DNA of 63,628 nt, filler included, from Nanobdellota archaeon (GTDB lineage: Archaea; Nanobdellota; Nanobdellia; B33-G15): assembly GCA_003660925.1 (NCBI GenBank). It is 8 parts of 8 records of this genome, joined end to end, with 100 filler letters (N's around TTAATTAATTAA, not from the genome) between each part and the next. Parts side by side here need not be neighbours in the genome. Positions count along the whole stretch, not along the records: positions 41,558 to 49,612 come from QMVD01000032.1; positions 49,713 to 57,541 come from QMVD01000033.1; 6 more parts are not named here. One strand, 5' to 3'. The number at the start of each line of letters is the position of its first letter. Within the stretch, counting starts at the first letter, position 1. The notes beneath the pieces were generated by a model, which had not been told where the DNA came from, did no database searches, and saw nothing but the letters and a program-made list of their open reading frames with translations. A program made the translations under genes and the position numbers. Below, one piece after another: positions 41,558 through 51,841 of the stretch.

Positions 41558-42679
41558 AATTACACGAACGCTCATGGAGCCCTATATAACTACACGAGCG
41601 AGAATTACACTTGGGTCTATTGCTGTGAGTGGCCTTATCTTAATCGAAGCTGTGACGAGTCAATTTTGTTTCACCTGAGCAATTACACCAACGCTCATGC
41701 TGAATTGAACAATGAGAGTTACTATGACTGGTACGTTTGTTTGTCCGCTTATGACCCGGAGAGCGATGTTTACTGCGAGTATAACACCTCTTGTTCAGAG
41801 GATTTTGACTGTTTGGGTTCTCTATCTACGGAAATCGGGAACGATACCAACTTACATCTGGGAAATTGCTCGGAATACGCCACCAAGATCTGTTGTCAGT
41901 TATCTAAATTGATAGCAGTCTTGGAGCAGGAATCCCTAGAAGCAGAGGATAATTACGTCTACAACAGTCCGAGGGTGATCTTGGATGTGGTCAACACGGG
42001 AAACAGGACAGCGGTGATAAAAGATGTGAGGGTGGACTGTGACAGGGACTACTACTTCATCCACATCCCCTCTTACATCCCCCCAGACTCCATCGGGAGG
42101 TTCGAGATAGGTTTTCAATCGGAAAAGTGCGCGGATTACGGTAGCCAGAGGGATTTCAACATCAGCATCCTTTATCAGAAGACGGAAGAGGAAGATGATT
42201 GGTACAATGTCTCTGGTTCTTACACAGTTGGGAAACCTTTTAGAGTTGATATGTCAGAGGAGATGAGGTCCTTGTACGTGGGTGATGTGGACTACGTCCC
42301 CATCGATATGGTGAATCTGGGGTCGGAATCCATAACTTACAATGTGAGCATCACAGTGACCTCTCTCTTCGTCCAGTTGCTGAGATATAATGAGATATAC
42401 TCCCTGAGCGACTTGGAGGGACAGGAATTCACAGTGGATTATATAGATAGGTTACATCTGAAGCTCGTCCCTCCTTCTCCTTTGGAGGAGGAGGTGAAGG
42501 TCAGGATAACCAACGTGGATTGCCCGAGCTTGTATGAGGAGAAGAAGTTCTTCGTGAAGACTTTGACGAAGACCACAGGGTTGTTTACGGTCTCGGTGAC
42601 CCCTGATTTGGGTTGGCCCCAAATCTTGCTCCTTTTGCTCATCTCGTCAATATTTTTAAAGGGCGCGAAAGTCTTCTAA
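41558..42679 (+). CDS. Cys-rich surface glycoprotein with C-terminal TM anchor, 5'-truncated
   Basis: Repeated NYTNAH motif with CC pairs, N-glycosylation sequons, and C-terminal TPDLGWPQILLLLLISSIFLK. Confidence 0.75.
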   Translation, partial: NYTNAHGALYNYTSENYTWVYCCEWPYLNRSCDESILFHLSNYTNAHAELNNESYYDWYVCLSAYDPESDVYCEYNTSCSEDFDCLGSLSTEIGNDTNLHLGNCSEYATKICCQLSKLIAVLEQESLEAEDNYVYNSPRVILDVVNTGNRTAVIKDVRVDCDRDYYFIHIPSYIPPDSIGRFEIGFQSEKCADYGSQRDFNISILYQKTEEEDDWYNVSGSYTVGKPFRVDMSEEMRSLYVGDVDYVPIDMVNLGSESITYNVSITVTSLFVQLLRYNEIYSLSDLEGQEFTVDYIDRLHLKLVPPSPLEEEVKVRITNVDCPSLYEEKKFFVKTLTKTTGLFTVSVTPDLGWPQILLLLLISSIFLKGAKVF

Positions 42680-42682
42680 ACT

Positions 42683-42955
42683 GGGTGGGCTAGGCCGGGC
42701 TGCTGGGCGTAGCCTGTAACCGCAAATCGTCCTCATGGCGGGGCCGAAGCCTTGAGGGCGGCCTCCTGGGGAGGGAGGACCCATCCCTGGAGCTGCGAAG
42801 CCTCGTCCCATGGGGCGTCATGGGGCGTGAACCCGTCAGGTCCGGAAGGAAGCAGCGGTAAGCGCTTCATGGCGTGCTCATGGGGGTGCGGGGTGGAGCG
42901 AAGGGGGTGGACAATCTTCCCTTTCCAGGAGTTCCACCTCGAGGCGCGCCCACCC
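42683..42955 (+). ncRNA. ffs: Archaeal SRP (7S) RNA
   Basis: Helix 8 TCAGGTCCGGAAGGAAGCAGC, Alu-domain TGTAAC, and terminal pairing GGGTGGGC/GCCCACCC. Confidence 0.93.
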
Positions 42956-42961
42956 ACCTTC

Positions 42962-43034
42962 GGGCCCGTGGTCTAGTGGCTATGACACCACCCTTACGAG
43001 GTGGGAGTCCCCGGTTCGAATCCGGGCGGGCCCA
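42962..43034 (+). tRNA. tRNA-Val (TAC)
   Basis: GGGCCCG/CGGGCCC-A acceptor and CCACC-CT TAC GA-GGTGG anticodon arm. Confidence 0.95.
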
Positions 43035-43035
43035 T

Positions 43036-43506
43036 ATGAGGAAGCTCACGTTCCTCTTACTCCTCCTCCTGATCGGCGTCAGCCACGCCTCTTTTTGGGA
43101 GATGTGTCAGGACATGATGGGGTGGAACCAAAGCTTGAACCTGAGTTATGAGGGAAATCCCCTGATAGAAACCCTCGTGGGTTTGAATAAGGACATCTTG
43201 ATCAATATAACTTACAATGGGACGAGATGCACCAGCATCTTCCTGGACGTGGAAAACAGGACCTTGAAGGAAGTGAGGTTCGAGGAGGGAAATTACTCCG
43301 TTTTCTTGAAATTGGACTTGTCCTTCGTGGACGAGCTCCTTCAGGAGTTCGAGAAGGTGAAGGATGAGAGGGGGCTCCCCCTGATTATGGGGTACGTTAA
43401 TCTCCTATCCATCTTCCTCAAGGCCCTGATGAGGGGGGACATAGTGGTGAGGCCCATCTGGTTCGTCTTCGACTTCTGGAACCTCCTCTTAGCCCTCACA
43501 ACTTAA
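43036..43506 (+). CDS. Hypothetical secreted protein
   Basis: Signal peptide MRKLTFLLLLLLIGVSHA at ATG 43036. Confidence 0.7.
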   Translation: MRKLTFLLLLLLIGVSHASFWEMCQDMMGWNQSLNLSYEGNPLIETLVGLNKDILINITYNGTRCTSIFLDVENRTLKEVRFEEGNYSVFLKLDLSFVDELLQEFEKVKDERGLPLIMGYVNLLSIFLKALMRGDIVVRPIWFVFDFWNLLLALTT

Positions 43507-46500
43507 TAGACACTATGTTGGAAATTCCTCTTTTGTTTATGGAGACACCATAAAGATAATCAGCCCTTGCCACGATCTCGTCGTTGTGGCTTATGATGAT
43601 GACCTGGGCTTTTTTCGCGTGCTCCTTCAGGATCTCCGCCAGCTTTTGTGAGTTCAACTTATCTAAGGCCGCATCTATCTCATCCAAGAGATAGAAGGGG
43701 GCGGGGCAGAACTCTTGAATGGCGAAGATAAAGGCGAGGCTCACGATGGTCTTCTCCCCTCCCGAGAGGGACCTCAAGGGCATGAACCTCCGTCCAGGAG
43801 GTTTTACTAGGAGGTCCATTCCCCCCTCTAGTGGCTTCTCTTCATCCAAGAAGACCTTCGCCTCCCCTCCTGAGAGCTTCTTGTAAATCTCGAGGAAACT
43901 CTTCTTGACCCTTTGGAAGGTGGACATGAAAGCCTTTTCCTTTTCCTTCTCCACTTCCTCTATGGTCCTCAAGATCTCCTCCTTCTCTTTTTCCAACCTC
44001 TCCACCTTTTCCGACAACTCCTCATATTCCTCCTTCACCTCATTATAAGTCTCCAGCGCCTTGAGGTTCACGGGCCCAAACCTTTCTAATTCCCTTTCTA
44101 ATTCCTTCTTCCTCCTCTCCAAGTAATGGAGGTCTTCCCTCACCAACTTCATCTCAAACCCATACTCTTCGAACTCCTTCTTGAGGCCCTCCAGCTTCGC
44201 CAAGATACCTGCTCTTTCTATCTGCCTTCTCTGCTTCTCTTTTTCCAGCTTCTCTATCCTCCATCCCAGTTCCTTCAACCTTCTCTCCATTCTCTCTATC
44301 CTTCCCTTTAGGGTCACTCTTCGCTCGTAGAGCCCCTTCAACCTCTTGTAGAACTTCTCCTGTTCTGTCTTGAGCTTCTTCAACTCCCTCTCCTTGATTT
44401 TGAGCTCCTCCCTTTTCTTTACACTCATCTTCTCGAAGTCTTTTTTCTCCTTGACCAAACCCCTCATGATGCTCTTGAGCCTCTCCGCTTCCCTTTCCAA
44501 CATCTCCTTCTCTCTGAGCAAGCTTTTCTCTTCCACCAAGAGAGAGCTCAGTTCGTTCTTCAACACTTCCAATTCCTTTTCTTCTCCCCTTAAAGCCTTC
44601 AATCTCTCCAACTCCCTTTCCCTCTCACTCAACCTCAACCTCATTCCCAAGATTTCCTTAGAGTCCACCTCCTTCTCCCTCAATGTGGCCTCCCTTTCCA
44701 CGATCCCTCTCTCCACCTCCCACAGGTCTCTCTTCAACCCTTCCAATTCTTCATCCACTTCCTTCTTCTTTGAGGATAACTTCCTCAGGAACTCCCCATA
44801 CCTCTCCCTCTCCCTTTCCAAGGACTCTATGCTCTTCCTCAGGCTCGCCTCGTCCCCGATGACCTCCCTCCTGTAACCTCCCCTGAACAACCCGCTAGGC
44901 TCCACCAAGTCTCCATCTAGAGTAGCCATCCTCAAACCATCATATTTCTTCGCCACCGAGAGATCCTTTATGATGACGGAATCGCCGAAGAGCCAGTTGA
45001 CGACCTTCTCATATTTATCTTCGCACTCCACCACATCCTTTGCCATGCTTATGATCCCCTCTCCCCTCACTTTCTTCATCTCCCTCTCTTTTATCCTTGA
45101 CAAGGGGAGAAAGGTGGCGAAGCCTAACTTGTTCTCCTTCAAATACTTGATGCACTCTATTGCCACGTCCTCATTTTCCACCACTATGATGTTCCTCCTT
45201 CCACCCACTAAGGCCCATATAGCCTTCTCGTAGGTCTTCGGGACAGAGAAGAGAGAAGTTATCTGACCTATGACACCTCTCTTTCCCATCTTAAGGATCT
45301 CCCTCGTCCCCTTTCCCATCTTTCCGAGGACTTCTCTCAGCTTCTTTCTCTCTTCCTCCAACCTCTTATCGAGATGACCCAAGTATTCTTCTATCTCCCT
45401 TTCCTTCCTCTCGAGCCTCAAGAGTTCCTTCTCTAACTTAGACCTTTTAGAATTAAGTTCCTCTTCTTTCTCCCTCAGTTCTCTGAGTTCTTTCTTGAGC
45501 ACTTCCACCTCTTTTTCCCTCTTCTCAGCTTCCCTTAGTCTCTCCTTTAAGAACTCTATGTCTTTTTCCAGCTCCACGAGCTTGAGGCCCACATCGACCT
45601 TCTCGACTTCCTTGAGGCTCTCCTTTAACCTCTTGATCCTGTTCCTGACCGTTTGGAGTTTCCTCTCGATCTCTTTTACATCTTTTTCGTTTTCCTCCAA
45701 CTCGCTCTCCAACTGTTTCTCCCTGTTTCCCATCCTCTTGATCTCCCTGTCACACCCTTCCACCTCTTCTTTGAGGGAGATTACCTCCCTGCTGAGCGAG
45801 TTCACCTTCTCCCTCAACTCCCTCTCCTTTTCCTCCCCTCTCTTCCCGAGTTCCTCTTCGAGTTCTTCAAACTCTTCTTCCAACCCCTTCTTCTTCCCCT
45901 CCAACTCTTTCATCCTTTTCCTGAGCCTTTCCTGTTCCTCATTTATCCTCTCGATGCCCTTCTCCACATCCTCCAATGCCTTCTTGGTTTCGGTGAGACG
46001 CTTGAGAGAAATCTTGGCCTTCGTCCTGGCCAACTCCTCTTTTAACTTGAGATATCTCTCCGCGTGCTTCTTGTCTTTGAGCAGAGCCTCCAAGTACTTC
46101 TCCTTCTCGGTTAGTATTATGCGTTTTCCCTTTATCTTTTCCTCTACCTCTGCCAGCTCCCTTAATGCCTTTTCCTTCTTCTCCTCATATTCCTCCACCC
46201 CAGATATCTTATCGATGATCCTCCTCCTCTGGACAGGGCTCATCTCCACGAACTTATTTATCTCCCCTTGGAGGATTATATTGAATCCTTCTGGATCTAT
46301 GTTCGCGGACTTCAAGAGCCCTATCACCTCTCCTAGGTTAGACCTCCTCCCATCTATCCTGAAAATGGAATTTCCATCCTTGTTCACCACCCTACTTATC
46401 CTCCTCTCCTTTCCATCTATGAGGAGAGTTATCACCACTTTAGCTAGGTCCATGGGTTTTCCGTTCTTCCCCCCATTGAATATGAGGTGGGAGAGCTTGG

Positions 46501-46672
46501 CAGTCCTCATCTCCTTCTTCCTAGTCTTCCCCAGCACGAAACAAATGGCATCGACTATGTTGGACTTCCCGGAACCATTTGGACCAACTATGACGTTCAA
46601 ACCTTCCTTGAATTGGACCACTGTCTTATTGGCGAAGGACTTGAACCCCTTGAGCTCCAAGGACCTTATCAT
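43496..46672 (-). CDS. smc: Chromosome segregation protein SMC
   Basis: GFKSF, GPNGSGKSN, hinge (ATFLPL, TLDGD...GG), LSGGEK and LDEIDAALD. Confidence 0.96.
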   Translation of the reverse strand: MIRSLELKGFKSFANKTVVQFKEGLNVIVGPNGSGKSNIVDAICFVLGKTRKKEMRTAKLSHLIFNGGKNGKPMDLAKVVITLLIDGKERRISRVVNKDGNSIFRIDGRRSNLGEVIGLLKSANIDPEGFNIILQGEINKFVEMSPVQRRRIIDKISGVEEYEEKKEKALRELAEVEEKIKGKRIILTEKEKYLEALLKDKKHAERYLKLKEELARTKAKISLKRLTETKKALEDVEKGIERINEEQERLRKRMKELEGKKKGLEEEFEELEEELGKRGEEKERELREKVNSLSREVISLKEEVEGCDREIKRMGNREKQLESELEENEKDVKEIERKLQTVRNRIKRLKESLKEVEKVDVGLKLVELEKDIEFLKERLREAEKREKEVEVLKKELRELREKEEELNSKRSKLEKELLRLERKEREIEEYLGHLDKRLEEERKKLREVLGKMGKGTREILKMGKRGVIGQITSLFSVPKTYEKAIWALVGGRRNIIVVENEDVAIECIKYLKENKLGFATFLPLSRIKEREMKKVRGEGIISMAKDVVECEDKYEKVVNWLFGDSVIIKDLSVAKKYDGLRMATLDGDLVEPSGLFRGGYRREVIGDEASLRKSIESLERERERYGEFLRKLSSKKKEVDEELEGLKRDLWEVERGIVEREATLREKEVDSKEILGMRLRLSERERELERLKALRGEEKELEVLKNELSSLLVEEKSLLREKEMLEREAERLKSIMRGLVKEKKDFEKMSVKKREELKIKERELKKLKTEQEKFYKRLKGLYERRVTLKGRIERMERRLKELGWRIEKLEKEKQRRQIERAGILAKLEGLKKEFEEYGFEMKLVREDLHYLERRKKELERELERFGPVNLKALETYNEVKEEYEELSEKVERLEKEKEEILRTIEEVEKEKEKAFMSTFQRVKKSFLEIYKKLSGGEAKVFLDEEKPLEGGMDLLVKPPGRRFMPLRSLSGGEKTIVSLAFIFAIQEFCPAPFYLLDEIDAALDKLNSQKLAEILKEHAKKAQVIIISHNDEIVARADYLYGVSINKRGISNIVSIKL

Positions 46673-46719
46673 CGGTTTTCAGAGGAAGATCTGGATTTTA
46701 AAACTTTGGAAATAAAATG

Positions 46720-46736
46720 TTGGTCTTAAAGACCAA
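46720..46736. promoter_or_regulatory. Perfect palindrome TTGGTCTT-A-AAGACCAA in the divergent smc / HTH-cdc48 promoter region
   Basis: 8-bp perfect arms next to a TTTTTAAA element. Confidence 0.6.
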
Positions 46737-46769
46737 AATATTTTTAAATGGACAAGAGCTCCTCAAGGC

Positions 46770-47030
46770 ATGGACGAGATCCTGTTCGACTTCGATGACC
46801 CTGAAGCCTTCAGGATATTCACCGAGAAACGGATACAACTACTCAGGGAAATCATGAGGAGGGAGGTGGAATCCATAAGGCAGTTGGCAGAGGAACTCGA
46901 CAGGGATGTGAAGAACGTGTGGGAGGACCTATGCTTGTTAAGGAGGTGTGGGCTCATAGACTTACAGAAGAGAGGGAGGAGGAAAGTGCCAATATTAAAA
47001 AAGCATAGGATAGTAATCATTTTCAGGTGA
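46770..47030 (+). CDS. Small HTH regulator, coupled to cdc48
   Basis: [29 protein letters not shown]. Confidence 0.8.
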   Translation: MDEILFDFDDPEAFRIFTEKRIQLLREIMRREVESIRQLAEELDRDVKNVWEDLCLLRRCGLIDLQKRGRRKVPILKKHRIVIIFR

Positions 47031-47035
47031 GGGAC

Positions 47036-49612
47036 ATGAAGGAGAAGGTCATAAGGTTGAAAGTTGCCGAAGCGGTTCAGGACGATGTAGGGAAGGGGAT
47101 AGTTAGGATAGATACGAATTCCATGAAGGAGATAGGGGTGAGGCCCGGAGATGTGGTGAGCATAAAAGGGGAAAAGGAGACGGTCGCCATAGCTGACAGG
47201 GCGTATCCTGCGGATATAGGTCTGGGACTCATAAGGATGGATGGGCTGACCAGGTGGAACGCGAAGACGAGCGTTGGAGATTTAGTCGAGGTGAGGAAGG
47301 CTGAAGTGAAACCTGCTAAATACGTGGAGCTCGCCCCGGCCCGAAAAGGAGTCTACATCCAGATATCCCCGGAGATCGTGAAGAGTAACCTGCTCGGAAG
47401 GGCTGTGGTGAAAGGGGACGTCATCTCCCTAGGGGGGACCAGGAGGAGGAGGGCGACCTTGAGCACTTCCCCCTTCTTTTCCGACATATTCAGGCTCATA
47501 GAGGAGGACTTCGTCCCATTCGGGTTTTCCGAGATGAAGTTCATGGTGGTTTCCACTAACCCTAAGAAACCAGTTATCATCACTGAAGACACAGAAATTC
47601 GCGTGAGAAGCGAGGCTGTTGAGTTAAAGGAGGAGAAGATCCCGGAGGTCACCTACGAGGACATAGGCGGGTTGGACGATGCCATCAAGAAGATAAGGGA
47701 GATGGTGGAACTCCCCATGAAACACCCGGAGCTCTTCGATAGGTTGGGGATAGACCCCCCGAAAGGTGTGTTGCTCTATGGTCCCCCTGGGACTGGTAAG
47801 ACTTTACTGGCAAAAGCAGTGGCTAACGAGACCGATGCTCACTTCATATCCATAAACGGTCCTGAGATCATGTGCGTGGGGGGAGACACACCTCTCCTCT
47901 TGAACCCTAAGGGATACGTGTCTGCTGAACGAGTATTTGAGATGGCAAAGGAGAGGGGGAGGCTTCTGTTGAGGAATCCGGAGACCGTAGAGGTGGATGG
48001 GTTGTGGACGTATTCCTTGAACGAGAGAGGGGAACTCGTCCCTTCCAAGATAACGCACGTGACTAAGATAAAAGCCTTAGGATTTAGGATGAGATTTTCC
48101 GATGGTCAGGAGTTGATAGTGTCGGAGAATCAACCCTTCCTCACCATGAACGAGAGAGGAGAACTCGTGTGGAAGAGGACATCTGAACTGAGGATCGGAG
48201 AGTACGTGGCCAAGGCAGGGAAGCTGAGAGGAGATTTTAAGTCACAGGAACTCCCTGAGCCAAAACTCACTAAGAGCATTAAGCCCATCTCCTTCCCGAG
48301 GACGACCTCAGAACCATTAGCAGAGTTGTTGGGGCTAATGCTCTCAGAGGGGCACATCTCGAAGAGAATGGACGCCGTGGAATTCGCCAACGAAAACGTG
48401 AGGCTGAAGGAGAGGTTCAAGGAACTCGTGAAAAAGTTATTTTCCATCCCAGAGGAGAGGATCAAGGACAGAGGTAGTAAAGTAGCCATTTACTCCAAAC
48501 AACTGGCAGAATTCTTGAACCAATCTTGTGGACTGCCTGTCGGGAGGAAGAGAGATCCAGAAATTCCTAACTTCCTCTTCAAGTGCCCTGAGGGAGAGGT
48601 AGCAGCGTTCGTTAGGGGATATTTTGAGGGCGATGGCACTGTTAGCAGGGGGACTGGAGGATATCCCACCATAAGGATCTACAGCTCCTCGAGGAAATTG
48701 TTATCCCAACTCCAAGCCCTATTACAACTGAGGTTGGGTATACCCTCGAAGGTCGAGGAGTGGAGGACGAAGTACGCTGACATGCATGCCCTCACCATTC
48801 AAGGGTTTGATGGGAGGAAGAGGTTTTTGGAATTAGTGGGAGCCATCACGGGAGAGAAAAGGAGAGCTTTGATGTCCTTAGAAAAGACGAGATTGAAGAG
48901 GAGTTCTCGACTCCTACCAAATATCAGGTCCCTCTTGAGAGGGTTGAAAAAAGAAAAGGGCGTGAGATATGAGGATGTGAAGAGCTATCAAGGATACTTC
49001 TACGGTGATAAGAGATTGACCAAGAATACCCTGGAGAGAATAAACAAATTGTTGAGGAACGAGAAGTTGGAAAAGATACTTAAACTGCAGGTGGACTGGG
49101 TCAGAATCGTTTCAAAAGAAGAGGTAGGCGAATGCGCCCTTTACGACTTCTCCGTTGATGAGTACGGGAACTTCGTTGGGGGTCCTTTACTCATCCTTCA
49201 CAATTCCAAGTGGGTAGGCGAGGCTGAGAAGAGGTTGAGACAGGTCTTCGAGGAGGCTGAGAAGAACGCTCCAAGTATTATATTCATAGATGAAATAGAC
49301 GCTATAGCCCCGAAGAGGGAAGAGGTGGTAGGCGAGGTGGAGAGGAGGGTAGTCGCTCAACTTCTGGCTTTGATGGATGGCTTGAAGTCCAGAGGCAAGG
49401 TGGTGGTCATCGCCGCCACCAATAGGCCCAACGCCTTAGACCCAGCTCTCAGGAGGCCCGGGAGGTTCGACAGGGAGATTGAGATAGGAGTCCCTGATAG
49501 GAAGGGGAGGTTGGAGATCCTCAAGATACATACCAGGAACATGCCCCTGGCAAATGATGTGAACCTTGAAAAGCTGGCAGACATCACCCACGGGTTCGTG
49601 GGAGCTGATCTC
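47036..49612 (+). CDS. cdc48: Cdc48/VAT AAA+ ATPase with an intein, 3'-truncated
   Basis: N-domain, [22 protein letters not shown] and [12 protein letters not shown]. Confidence 0.96.
47873..49204 (+). mobile_element. 444-aa intein with LAGLIDADG homing endonuclease
   Basis: [11 protein letters not shown]...YDFSV...[19 protein letters not shown] and [10 protein letters not shown]. Confidence 0.93.
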
Positions 49613-49712
49613 NNNNNNNNNNNNNNNNNNNNNNNNNNNNNNNNNNNNNNNNNNNNTTAATTAATTAANNNNNNNNNNNNNNNNNNNNNNNNNNNNNNNN
49701 NNNNNNNNNNNN

Positions 49713-49837
49713 TCAAAAATCGCATTCCATGTGCTCACTGCCACCTTTTCTCCACTCTCCTCATACTCTGGGACATCGAAGAGGACCCCATCCACATCAA
49801 AGAAAACCATACCTATCCCCTTCTGACCTCTGCTCAT
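49713..49837 (-). CDS. HAD-family phosphatase, N-terminal fragment
   Basis: MVFFDVDGVL motif I. Confidence 0.7.
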
Positions 49838-49917
49838 CTTTTGTTCTTGAGATAGGTGAGTTAAAAAGGTTTTCTTCCGCCTAAAACCTTAAATAGGTAG
49901 GAGGGTTATCCATTGTC

Positions 49918-50103
49918 ATGAAGGTCACAGTGAATAAGGAAACTTGTATTGGATGCGGCTCTTGCGTGGCCATATGCCCAGCGATCTTTGAACTCAAAGA
50001 GGGAAAAAGCGTCGTGAAGAAGCAACCATCCAGTGAGAAGGAGGAAAGTTGCGTCAAGGACGCTGTAGAAGCCTGCCCAGTGGACGCCATTAAGATCTCT
50101 TGA
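49918..50103 (+). CDS. Single-cluster ferredoxin
   Basis: CIGCGSCVAICP...CPVDAI. Confidence 0.93.
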   Translation: MKVTVNKETCIGCGSCVAICPAIFELKEGKSVVKKQPSSEKEESCVKDAVEACPVDAIKIS

Positions 50104-51841
50104 TTCTTCCCTTTATTATTTCATAAACAACCTTCGGATTAGCTCTCACTCTCCTCAACACCAACCCGACCAACTTTTCTATTCTCCCCTGAGAGACCAA
50201 TTCTTGGTTCTCCCTCAGGACCTCTTCTATCACCTCTCCTAAGTCTTGGGAAAGCTCTTCTAAGAACTCCTCTTCCTTTCCCTTCGAGATCGCGTAGATG
50301 AATTCTGGCACTAAGTTCTTGGTTATCTTTCCCTCTTCTATCGCTTTGAGAGCCTTCTCTAACCACTCATCCTTTAACTCCAACTCGAACTTCTTGAGAA
50401 GATGTTCTAAGGAAAGGAGTAAGTCCGCTACTATGGTAGGTCTCACCTCATACTTCTCGACCAACTTCTCGAATCGCTTGAATTTCCCGGATAAAATGAG
50501 CTTTTCTCCGACCCCCCTGTGTATCCCCCACTCCTCATATCTCTTCAGGATCTTTTTTGGGTGTTCAGGAAGGTTTCTCTTCACTTCTTCTAAGAACTCC
50601 TTAGAAATGACCACGGGCTCCAGGTCGGTTTCGGGATACATCCTCGCCTCCCCTGGCATGGGTCTCAGATAACTGGTCGTGCCATCCGGGTTCGCTTTCC
50701 TCACGTCCCTCGGGACCCCCTTTATGTATTGATTTGCCCTTTTCACGATTTCCTTCAGGACTTTCCTCGCTCCCCTCTCATCAGCAGCAATGAGGGCAAA
50801 TCCATCCTTATCCTCACAGTTCAGCTCCTCCCTTATCCTCTTCACCTCTTCCTTTCCCAACCCATAGTTCGGGAGCTCGTCACAGTGAACCACCCCCTGA
50901 TATCCAAGGTTCTTAGCCATCGCAGAGAAGTCCTTTCCTATCCTGAACTCTCCTCCACCAATTAATCCCTTAAATCCCTCGAGCTTCACTCCAAAAGTCT
51001 CCCTTCCGAAGAGCTTGACGCTCACTTTCTTGACTTCTCCTCTCACGCGCTTGATGCCCCTCTTCCTCAATTCCCTTGAGATCTTCAGGATGTGCTCTTG
51101 TCTCCTCCCTTCTTTTTCCACCAAGAGGTGCAAGTGCCTCAAATCTTGAGCTCCCTTTATCTCCACCCTGTTTCCACCTGGGATGCTCACGTTCACGTCC
51201 TGTCTTATCGTCCCTATCCCTCTCTTGACCTTGCACACCCTCAGCACCATTCCTATGAGCTTCGCGGTCTCCTTCGCGTGTTCCGGATCTTTTATGTCGG
51301 GTTCCGTCCTTATTTCTAACAAGGGAATCCCTAACCTATCCACTCTGTAAACCACCTTTCCCTCGCTCTCGCTTATCTTCCTGGCAGCATCTTCCTCCAG
51401 ACACAGAGAACTTATCCTCACCTTTCCCTTGGATGTGTTTATGTATCCATTTCTCGCGATGAGGGCGGTCCTCTGGAATCCAGAAGGATTAGAACCATCT
51501 ATCACTGTCTTCCTCATGACGTGGATTTCTTCCACGGGCTCCATGTTTAACAGCAAGGCCACTTGTAATCCTATCTTGAGGGCTTCCTTGTTCAAGGGAT
51601 GGGGAGGTTCCTCATCCAACTCCACTAAGCAATTCGTGTCCTCATAGAACTCGTAAATGATGTCCTTTCCCTTCATCTGCTCGTATTGAGCGGCTATGTC
51701 AACGTCCCCCAACTCCCCAGCTATCGCTCTTAAGTTCCTCACGATCCTCCCATGGGGTTCATCGTTCCGTATCAAGGAAGGGCAAGAGCAGAATAACTTG
51801 TGAGTGTCCAGCTGTTGATGTATTTCCAGACCTACCTTCAT
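50090..51841 (-). CDS. gatE: Glu-tRNA(Gln) amidotransferase subunit E
   Basis: KVGLEIHQQL, IDGSNPSGFQRT, RGIGTIRQDVN and RMYPETD. Confidence 0.96.
   Translation of the reverse strand: MKVGLEIHQQLDTHKLFCSCPSLIRNDEPHGRIVRNLRAIAGELGDVDIAAQYEQMKGKDIIYEFYEDTNCLVELDEEPPHPLNKEALKIGLQVALLLNMEPVEEIHVMRKTVIDGSNPSGFQRTALIARNGYINTSKGKVRISSLCLEEDAARKISESEGKVVYRVDRLGIPLLEIRTEPDIKDPEHAKETAKLIGMVLRVCKVKRGIGTIRQDVNVSIPGGNRVEIKGAQDLRHLHLLVEKEGRRQEHILKISRELRKRGIKRVRGEVKKVSVKLFGRETFGVKLEGFKGLIGGGEFRIGKDFSAMAKNLGYQGVVHCDELPNYGLGKEEVKRIREELNCEDKDGFALIAADERGARKVLKEIVKRANQYIKGVPRDVRKANPDGTTSYLRPMPGEARMYPETDLEPVVISKEFLEEVKRNLPEHPKKILKRYEEWGIHRGVGEKLILSGKFKRFEKLVEKYEVRPTIVADLLLSLEHLLKKFELELKDEWLEKALKAIEEGKITKNLVPEFIYAISKGKEEEFLEELSQDLGEVIEEVLRENQELVSQGRIEKLVGLVLRRVRANPKVVYEIIKGRIKRS

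Noticed and set aside
42733..43049. Several short ORFs and the N-terminal extension of ORF 42874
   Set aside because: They are translations of the GC-rich SRP RNA and tRNA-Val; the real CDS starts at 43036.
45495..46715. 406-aa Ser/Phe/Leu-rich plus-strand ORF, and similar long antisense ORFs at 6653-7432, 35000-35872 and 44370-44876
   Set aside because: Antisense shadows of purine-rich E/K codons in real genes such as smc and tgtA.
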